Made by a program: the position numbers and the translations under genes. The notes beneath the pieces were generated by a model. It was given only the letters and a program-made list of their open reading frames with translations, was not told the DNA's origin and did not search any database. A DNA stretch of 64,000 nucleotides from NCBI GenBank assembly GCA_038046585.1, contig JBBSVX010000013.1:6942-70941 (forward strand), read 5' to 3'. This stretch comes from an archaeon. Its GTDB lineage: Archaea; Iainarchaeota; Iainarchaeia; Iainarchaeales; JAAZKV01. This document shows positions 58,401-64,000 of the stretch, in pieces (within the stretch, counting starts at the first letter, position 1; every line of letters starts with the position of its first letter).

Positions 58401-59073
58401 CTGAAGCGAAAGCTTTTGCTTGAAGATTTACACACCCTGATTTTATCACAACATCAAATCCTTTTTCAGGCTGATCTTTATAGTAGAATTTGTTTGAGTC
58501 TGTGAGGCAGGTTAATTCAAGAGAAGCTCCTTTCACTAGCGCTTTGTCAATATCTGTTACTTGAATAAACAATTTCTTTTCAGGAAGTGGCGCACTTGAA
58601 AGGAACACTTTTGCAGATAGTGTTTCGTCAAAAGAAATGTTTTTGTCTAGCGGGAGATAAAGTTTTTTTGTGATGCTGAGTAAAACTGTTTTTGAGCATG
58701 CTTCAAACACCGCAACCCCCGAAGAATCACTTGTCGCTTCTTGAATCACTTCTTCGCCCGAGCAAATCATTTTGGCTTCTACTTTTGCGCCAAAAAGCGC
58801 AAGACCGGAAGATGAGAAAACTGTTACTTGGGCGTCATATAGCTCCGACTGCGGGCCAAACATAGGGAGCAAAACAAAAGCTAGCAGGGAGAGCAAAAGT
58901 ATTGCTAGAAATATTAGAAAGAGTGCAAAACTTGGGACAACTGCATCTATCTTGTCAGTAACCTTAAGGATGGGGACATAATCGTTGATTCTCTCAAGAA
59001 CATCGTACCATTTTTGCTCGAGGCCGAAGTATACTTCTTTAATCGAATCAGAAATGTTAGACTTCAAGCCCAT
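52423..59073 (-). CDS. Giant 2216-aa N-terminally anchored surface protein (possible S-layer or attachment scaffold)
   Basis: N-terminal VYFGLEQKWYDVLERINDYVP plus TM helix, carboxypeptidase-regulatory-like repeats, and collinear similarity to 19944..24812 plus 26567..29023. Confidence 0.82.
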   Translation of the reverse strand: MGLKSNISDSIKEVYFGLEQKWYDVLERINDYVPILKVTDKIDAVVPSFALFLIFLAILLLSLLAFVLLPMFGPQSELYDAQVTVFSSSGLALFGAKVEAKMICSGEEVIQEATSDSSGVAVFEACSKTVLLSITKKLYLPLDKNISFDETLSAKVFLSSAPLPEKKLFIQVTDIDKALVKGASLELTCLTDSNKFYYKDQPEKGFDVVIKSGCVNLQAKAFASGYDEKTITLNPTDQRLSIALEKTITEGTVIFSAESKSKAQSEIEIVLTSALTKKSLTLYTDKSGVATEKINAGEYSFVAISKISGEMQKGSFEILAKEIKDIRVEFEVDATKPVDHSNNKYIWVKILDGNTPVAGAKVKLFSDANTISPDLSTSGSGEIQKRTILEKSIDFSTTLRALIKKPGYKTAVVLVNLLDSNSNPQEVQLNQGGSEIDISVIDDAYEKVSEARVMLYIPGIPFEIENDVSDRNGKAIFKSLPESSYTIKASSKDSEGEANTSLGSNSKLDINVMIILGTGTYKFKFYSQKGDSVSPALELYTREFGGQFIKAESALAKSGMYTTKTLKVNTELMLLINDSNFFSYETTVFRIKRGNQQREIYLIPTQLPNARVPQIFLNQVYKSNPLSTQAAVADTLLPNNEYFLLFTFVANKEESLDLLSNFYIGNALKKTLDINDNISINSVQSISGAINLLSSNMDSMRISIDSNSLVSSLAKQANVSIATLQGPKSIPIVVSIKVDANAIGPAKISWQGLFGDDNSLLYSKDFNIGQEFCLRDCPVFLFSNYIKWNQRAYVPMGEEPYRVLIGDDYKVKVIVSNTTDEAIGLSDLLLFVKAEVYDRLAFDTDKNSSSMQINLGPLSDALPKEFSLMLKTASSSAKAYESVEQMKDGQDRLKWYAGNSAPFRLWIAKKDQLQIIVAPESMQANSENPFVYIKTKYTSGNNRVTAHWKAETILSGGEKELVSEGTTDQNGIQLTSLSFLNYSAGTDVLFTTWDDEGALPGTLTIKLSKLAPSLPVAETECLSIKIAGVDISTQANPRLNIENDATKTFTIESSCPSARNISVQSDGAIVSPMTATIPADSSIEISVLANARLVAPENYPMLGAYPISVTDSNNAKRVASFDIVISDPSSCFELTEAIYDLRTNTLLPGKIINKCFEGRYDNFYPKMDISTGSVSLQYKKPGNPKKIDFNVTVIGSALEGFWQSTIGSSIFHHKSDGDGGDAEAQPVPGSKAEELNCFSDFEDTANTFEYNGESIEKPEPDLNITNPDLPLYRLPIPSDWETSDTSADSGEMSSKENINAKAKKASFQATTLTTQVDSGGWPITPSVGLYGEFVAGTAELPSTYETTSGAYTYNDANTCPSTSSAGDSGAPCKNMLYPWDQYIEYLGWPVFLWNNEDTERISASGSIGLSLDPNVMSKSGTHIGTVWKGSDGKWYDLASPQRWYRNSPLWLGITEKGDMCYVVLGTSGCEDCQLVEAGYLGGGLHYFKTSADGDTDCSLFGCDDEPADLYIQFELMRGGEIIHERRGYFDKNVSINAEEGVVHDLGSYGEASPIPQWTEVDESSDGYASGEGKAFPYSYYTMGPMYSNGFVNPEHAAVDYTQGCVVGDTTCESKVNWTIDDIENCRNSTETNCGWMKWVIRPAADPLVEYDGTGNAMYYIPTDTIPVNNEGKQYLRMFLKNGHVYAEYIGLPEIDSNTIDFNVSKNNLLGQEYAAVTVADWIMDENGVLVKSERVFQVKLVGQPSLCYAADGTAGATGEEFVPKVLFNWNWQQIDDEACDSQNDQAVYCDAAQFTVTLFKKLALMQRYLIANKPNEVAELSVYNAMLIADNYSQDFLTSFDEYYSQELANADSYFNTVGTIRGFDQFITSNRLKFQLRKDGASETQLPYGGLYRVEIGLELDNPDYLNLFDNNAPNATITVTLAPIRKAPNYTPLYETPFDGEIGTNGTNFARTGFGASISGGELKLNSTTKAHSYSGATTTIDYDSSQALDDLASGIVLTYDTASKRMIFNPSNPSPMIMNVKSADGKAKASYSLINLSQQSQPIVQAPNKEWYMLGSTMGGRECIDFSGESIRRFIESETENGVKSMSWTGTEAGTINLATTFFAPKVASSMIAAARIADEQNNSLDSYAKLRNPNRPHTTSLVLNNFDAEKIDPDDYPRVEDYDTLQFVLDSVREETMCISQSSDKSLKVWWNEEHLLEMIDDVTSGSSYGCD

Positions 59074-59205
59074 AACCCCTTCTAGGAATAAGACTCATTC
59101 CCCCATTAATAATCCTTACTTCCGGCTTTTTTTGAGTTCAACCCACCCAAAAGTCCTATTCCGGCCCTCCAAAATCATTATTAAGCCCAAATTCTTTTGT
59201 ATTTA

Positions 59206-61944
59206 ATGCGCACTTCGCTAAAAATACTAATTTTGCTTTTTACATTTGCTTTGTTGACTCAGGTGGCTTTTGCTGAAGGCTGGCAAATGGTTTTTAGAGA
59301 TGATTTCACTACCGCCCTTGATTACTCAAAATGGGAAGTGACAAAATCTTCTGATTCAGGATTTAGTGGATCAGATGGCGGATTTTTTTTTATTGATGGG
59401 AGAGCCTGGCTATTCTCAATAGGAAAAGTTTTCCCCTCGCTGAAAAGCATCGCTGGAAAGATACCCAAATCGAAGAGGCTAAGAGTTGGAACAAATATAA
59501 CTTATGACCGATATGGGGGATATGGTGCCGGAATTTATTTTGTCGGAACAAACAATGAACTTTTAGGGCAGGTTTGGGAAAGCTCCGACCCTGCAAGAAC
59601 GAACTGGGATCCTGGAACAGGAATAATTTGCCTACAACTTTCAAGCGGAGAGAAATGCTTCTACCCAACAGACGCTTACAAAACTTACACCTTCACAAGA
59701 GACGGCAGCAATTATTCAATAATGGACAACTATCCTTCAGGAGGAAGTGTATATGCTACTACTAACACCAGTTATGACTCGCCAGGTTCAACAAACCCCT
59801 ATATTATTATAGGAAATCCTAACGTAGTGGCCACTGCATCAAACTGGGTGAAGTTTGGAATTGATTGGATACAAGTGGATTGCTATTCAAGCGCTGAAGA
59901 ATGCAACGGTTGGGATGATGACTGCGACAAAACAGTGGATAACGGACTCATAGTCCCTTCAACAACTTGTACAGCTGGAATTGGAGAATGCGCAAGAACA
60001 GGAACAAAAAACAAAACATGCCTTGGCGCACAAGGATGGAGTACATCATATGGAAATTGCTCAGTAAGTGCCGGCCCTACTTCAACTGAAACCTGTGACG
60101 GAAAAGACAATGACTGCGACGGAAGCACTGATGAAACATTTACTTGCATACAAAATAGCACAGGATGCACTAGTTCCTGCGCCTGGAAAACTCAAAATGG
60201 AACTTGCTCAGGAAGTATTCCTGCAAATGCAATATCAAACAGCGGTTCTAGCGGAACCCAATTTGTTCAGACAGCTAATTCAAGCGGAACATTTTTGCCA
60301 ACTACGAAAACTTATACTTACAACACCACTGTTGGAGAATGTAATTGGAAATGCGCTTCTTCAGATTATCTTTACTCCTCATCCACAAACACTTGCATTG
60401 CCAACGCAAGAGAGGCTACTTGTTCTTCAAGCAAACCCTCAAATTCTGATTGGAATGATTTCGGACAAAACGGAAAATACACCCAGACAAGCGTGAACGG
60501 ATCTTACACTCCTTCTGGACTTGTTTCACATTATAGTGAAGTCGCACAGGATTGTGCATGGAATTGCAAACAAGGGTATTACCAGTCTGGGGGAAGCTGT
60601 CTTCTTGCGACAAGAACAACTGATTGCCAAATAACTGCAGTGGGGGGAAATCTCCCTGAGAATGCAAAATGGAATGACAACGGGCAAAGTGGAGATTACT
60701 TGCAAACATACACTAACGGGGCTTGGCCAACTACTCTTATTGCTTCATACAATGAAACCCCAGGCGACTGCAAATATTCATGCAAAGCACTTTTCCGCGA
60801 TTGTACCCCTAATCAGGGGACGTATTGCGGAACTGGAACGCAAAACTGCGATCAGGGAAATTGGGGAACTTGCCAGCAAGGTAATTCAGTAGTGTGCACA
60901 ATAAACCAATACTGCCAAAACAGCTTGTGCAAGTTCTGCGCAACTGATACGAAGAACTGTGATATGAATCTTACAAACGGATGCGAAACAAACACTAATA
61001 CTAATTCAGATAATTGCGGCACCTGCGGCACAAAATGCGCGAGCGGGAAAAGGTGCTCAAATGGATTGTGCACAAAAAGCGCTCTTCAAATAGATACAAA
61101 CAAATGCGCAGGAATAACATGCGGAACAAACTCCACTTGTTCGACTGCAACAGGGATCTGCCAATGCAAGACAGGATATTATGATTGCGATGGAAGTTCA
61201 CTAAATGGTTGTGAGGGAGCTGGCACATGCAACCAAACCCCAGATACAAATGATGACGCTAATGTTTCAACCCCAGAATGCGAAGTGGATGGAGAGTGCG
61301 GCATAGATGAACAATGTGCCAATAATATTTGCCAGGCCATAAGCGCCGGAAATCCTTGCTCCATACAAAGTGATTGCATGGATGACGAGAAATGCATTGC
61401 GGAACAATGTGAAAAACTTGACTGCGGATCAAGTTATTCGCTTGAAAATCACTCTTGCGTCTGCAAAGGAACTGTTTGCGGAGGAAATTGTTTTGAGGAA
61501 AACGGGGCATGTTGCACAAATATTTGGAACAAGGGGCTTGTTAGCTGCACATTTTCAGTGGAAAACATTGTCCCTCTAGTTGAAAGCGCAAATGACATTG
61601 AAGCAAGCAGTTTGCTTGATGATGCCCAAAGTTCAATAAAGAAAGGAAATATTTCAAGGGCTCGGGCTCAGGCAGCGCTAGCAGAACTAAAAGCGCTAAT
61701 CACAAAAACAAATGATTCGGAAGCTCTTTTGGAGAAATATGATGCCGCAATTCTTGCACTTAATGACGGAAACTATTCTAATGCGGAAGAGCTTGCAAGA
61801 GCAGCCATAGGAGATGCAAAAGATACTTTAGCGGGGCTTAACGCAATCCAAATAATAATGATAGTACTGGCAATTGTCGCTTTGGTACCGCTTGGATTTT
61901 TGGGTTATAAGAAGTTCTTTGGCAAAAAGAAGGTTGAAGAATAG
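59206..61944 (+). CDS. Cys-rich type I membrane protein with a lectin-like N-domain, MopE-like motifs and EGF/STIG1-like repeats
   Basis: Signal peptide, WQMVFRDDF, ECNGWDDDCD and ETCDGKDNDCDG, NCGTCGTKCASGKRCSNGLC, C-terminal TM plus KK. Confidence 0.8.
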   Translation: MRTSLKILILLFTFALLTQVAFAEGWQMVFRDDFTTALDYSKWEVTKSSDSGFSGSDGGFFFIDGRAWLFSIGKVFPSLKSIAGKIPKSKRLRVGTNITYDRYGGYGAGIYFVGTNNELLGQVWESSDPARTNWDPGTGIICLQLSSGEKCFYPTDAYKTYTFTRDGSNYSIMDNYPSGGSVYATTNTSYDSPGSTNPYIIIGNPNVVATASNWVKFGIDWIQVDCYSSAEECNGWDDDCDKTVDNGLIVPSTTCTAGIGECARTGTKNKTCLGAQGWSTSYGNCSVSAGPTSTETCDGKDNDCDGSTDETFTCIQNSTGCTSSCAWKTQNGTCSGSIPANAISNSGSSGTQFVQTANSSGTFLPTTKTYTYNTTVGECNWKCASSDYLYSSSTNTCIANAREATCSSSKPSNSDWNDFGQNGKYTQTSVNGSYTPSGLVSHYSEVAQDCAWNCKQGYYQSGGSCLLATRTTDCQITAVGGNLPENAKWNDNGQSGDYLQTYTNGAWPTTLIASYNETPGDCKYSCKALFRDCTPNQGTYCGTGTQNCDQGNWGTCQQGNSVVCTINQYCQNSLCKFCATDTKNCDMNLTNGCETNTNTNSDNCGTCGTKCASGKRCSNGLCTKSALQIDTNKCAGITCGTNSTCSTATGICQCKTGYYDCDGSSLNGCEGAGTCNQTPDTNDDANVSTPECEVDGECGIDEQCANNICQAISAGNPCSIQSDCMDDEKCIAEQCEKLDCGSSYSLENHSCVCKGTVCGGNCFEENGACCTNIWNKGLVSCTFSVENIVPLVESANDIEASSLLDDAQSSIKKGNISRARAQAALAELKALITKTNDSEALLEKYDAAILALNDGNYSNAEELARAAIGDAKDTLAGLNAIQIIMIVLAIVALVPLGFLGYKKFFGKKKVEE

Positions 61945-61958
61945 TCTCCAGAATTAAA

Positions 61959-63086
61959 CTAGTCTTTCCCAAATATCTTGTCAAAGAATCCTTTACGTTT
62001 CTTTGCAGCCCCTTCATCTTTTAAGAATTCTTCTAAAATCTCTTTTTGTCTCTTTGAAAGTTTTTTAGGAGTCTCGATTATTACTTTCACATACTCGTCG
62101 CCGTGAGATTCTGATTTGAGGCTCTTTATCCCTTTCCCTTTCATCTTGAATATTGTTCCAGTCTGGGTTCCCGCGGGGATTTTTAGGTCGGCTTTGCCTT
62201 GTAGTGTTGGAACTTCGATTTCTGATCCAAGTGCCGCTTCTGCAAAAGAGAGGGGAACTTCTGCGTAAATGTCTTCGCCGTCTCTTTTGAATACTTCATG
62301 AGTGTGAACAAATATTATGACATACAAGTCTCCAGCCCCGTCTCTTCCTTGGTTCCCTTTGTTTTGGAGGCGCAAATGATTTCCCGTGTTCACGCCGGCT
62401 GGAATCTTAACAGATACATTTGCTGTTGATCTGACAAATCCTTGACCCGAACAGGCGGAGCATGAATTCTCAGCAACTTCTCCTCTTCCGTTGCATGTTC
62501 TGCAAGTAGTTTGCATTCGCATTGTGCCAAAGGGAGTTCTCTGTTCGCGTATTGTTGCGCCTGATCCTTTGCATTGAGAGCATGTCTTTAGTTTTGCTCC
62601 TTCTGCGCCTGTGCCCTCGCATTTTTCGCAGCGCTCAATTTTTTCGTAAGAGATATCTTTTGTTGTTCCAAATACTGCTTCTTCAAAAGTGAGAGTAAGG
62701 TTGACTTTTATGTCTTCCCCATAGTCTCCGCGCGATTGTGATCTTCTTTGCCCTCCGCGCTGTTCACCGAAAATGTCCCCAAAACCTGAGAAGCCCGAGA
62801 ACTGATTGAATATGTCCTCAAAATCAAAGTCCATCTTCTGGCCATATCCGCCCTGGTACCCTTCGAAGTTCTGGTACTTGTCGCCATAGTTGTCATAATT
62901 TTGTTTCTTTTCAGAATCAGACAGTATGGAATAAGCTTCAACTACTTCTTTGAATTTTTTTTCAGCGTTCTCTTCTTTTGATACGTCAGGGTGATATTTT
63001 TTTGCAAGCTCCTTATATGCTCGTTTCACTTCTTCTATTGGGGCGCCTTTTTTTAGGCCGAGAATCTCGTAGTAATCCTTTGCCAT
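61959..63086 (-). CDS. dnaJ: Chaperone DnaJ
   Basis: J domain with HPD, G/F region, four CxxCxGxG motifs. Confidence 0.97.
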   Translation of the reverse strand: MAKDYYEILGLKKGAPIEEVKRAYKELAKKYHPDVSKEENAEKKFKEVVEAYSILSDSEKKQNYDNYGDKYQNFEGYQGGYGQKMDFDFEDIFNQFSGFSGFGDIFGEQRGGQRRSQSRGDYGEDIKVNLTLTFEEAVFGTTKDISYEKIERCEKCEGTGAEGAKLKTCSQCKGSGATIREQRTPFGTMRMQTTCRTCNGRGEVAENSCSACSGQGFVRSTANVSVKIPAGVNTGNHLRLQNKGNQGRDGAGDLYVIIFVHTHEVFKRDGEDIYAEVPLSFAEAALGSEIEVPTLQGKADLKIPAGTQTGTIFKMKGKGIKSLKSESHGDEYVKVIIETPKKLSKRQKEILEEFLKDEGAAKKRKGFFDKIFGKD

Positions 63087-63247
63087 TTTTTTAGTCGCCT
63101 CTTATTTTGTTTCTTTCAGAGCCAAATCCGAAAGGGTTTAATAAATGTGCTCGCGGGAGCCTTTACGAAGCGAGCCACAATTGGTTCATATTTGGGGCGG
63201 ATGCCCCTTTGGCATCAGCCTTTTGGCACTTAGGTGCCAATCGAATT

Positions 63248-64000
63248 TCACTTTTTTGATTTGTTGTCTTTTTCTTTGAATTCTGCGTCAACGACATTGT
63301 CATCCTTTTCGCCTCCGCTATCTTCTCCTACTTCAGGCTCTTCGGTAACGTTTGTCTTTTCCTGTTGTACTTTTCCGTATACTTCTGAACCTATCTCCAT
63401 GAGCTTCTTGTTCAAGGCTTCGATCTTTGATTTCATTGCCTTGGCATCTTTCTTCTCTTTTGCAAGCTCTTCCTTAAGATCCTTAAGGTTGCTTTCAATG
63501 TCGGCCTTATTCTTGTCGCTTACCTTTCCGGCCAAATCTACAAGCATCTTTTCTGTGCTGTAAACCGTCGAATCGGCTTCGTTGTATATTTCAATTTCTT
63601 CTTTTACTTTCTTGTCTTCGTCCGCGTGCGATTCAGCTTCCTTCTTCATCTTTTCGACTTCTTCGTCGTTAAGTTTCTGCGATGAAACAATCTTTATGCT
63701 TGTTTCTTTTCCTGTTCCTTTGTCTTTTGCGGTTACGTGAACTATTCCGTTCGCATCAATGTCGAAAGATACTTCAATTTGAGGCATTCCTCTTGAAGCT
63801 GGCAAGATACCGGATAGTTGGAATTTTCCCAAAGTTTTATTGTCCCTTGAAAGAGGTCTTTCTCCTTGGAGAACATGTATGTCAACAGTGGTTTGATTGT
63901 CTGCCGCCGTTGAAAATACCTGCGACTTCTTTGTCGGGATTGTTGTGTTTCTTTCAATTATCTTTGTTGATACTCCCCCGAGAGTTTCAATTCCTAAGCT
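63248..64000 (-). CDS. dnaK: Chaperone DnaK, 3' part (5' end outside the window)
   Basis: The frame is open to the window edge: [25 protein letters not shown]...[17 protein letters not shown]...VVDAEFKE. Confidence 0.97.
   Translation of the reverse strand, partial: SLGIETLGGVSTKIIERNTTIPTKKSQVFSTAADNQTTVDIHVLQGERPLSRDNKTLGKFQLSGILPASRGMPQIEVSFDIDANGIVHVTAKDKGTGKETSIKIVSSQKLNDEEVEKMKKEAESHADEDKKVKEEIEIYNEADSTVYSTEKMLVDLAGKVSDKNKADIESNLKDLKEELAKEKKDAKAMKSKIEALNKKLMEIGSEVYGKVQQEKTNVTEEPEVGEDSGGEKDDNVVDAEFKEKDNKSKK

Noticed and set aside
63223..63240. CIRCE (HrcA operator)-like palindrome TTGGCAC...GTGCCAA near dnaK/dnaJ
   Set aside because: CIRCE needs 9-bp arms with a 9-nt spacer. Here the spacer is 4 nt and the site is downstream of dnaK, so it was treated as a simple hairpin.
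1..64000. tRNA, rRNA, transposase, integrase or proviral genes
   Set aside because: None recognised by eye. Intergenic gaps are short and lack cloverleaf or terminal-repeat signatures. A covariance-model search would be needed to exclude small RNAs.

Overview
Gene-dense archaeal chromosomal window, most consistent with a DPANN archaeon, probably Iainarchaeota/Diapherotrites-like. That assignment is inferred from gene content and style, not from a database search. Core genes: PolD DP1/DP2, Cdc6/Orc1 with a LAGLIDADG intein in its Walker A motif, Hel308, aCPSF1 with proteasome beta, NAC, SlyD-type FKBP, SepF, NOG1, SecF/SecD, uS15, eS1, Bud32, DnaJ and a partial DnaK. Also present are a serA plus class V aminotransferase pair and a DUF92-carS-archaeosortase cluster. 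Roughly 40% of the window encodes large secreted or membrane-anchored surface proteins. The main observations are: (1) three type IV pilin-like modules share an AQGTIEYL class III signal, one of them internal to an 890-aa membrane protein, and two copies form an exact 26-bp inverted repeat around a 3.2-kb segment; (2) one pilin module shows extreme A/C-ending codon bias; (3) a giant surface protein occurs once fused (2216 aa) and once split across a three-gene operon; (4) there is a candidate IPDN C-terminal sorting signal. No rRNA, tRNA, CRISPR array, transposase or integrase was recognised.
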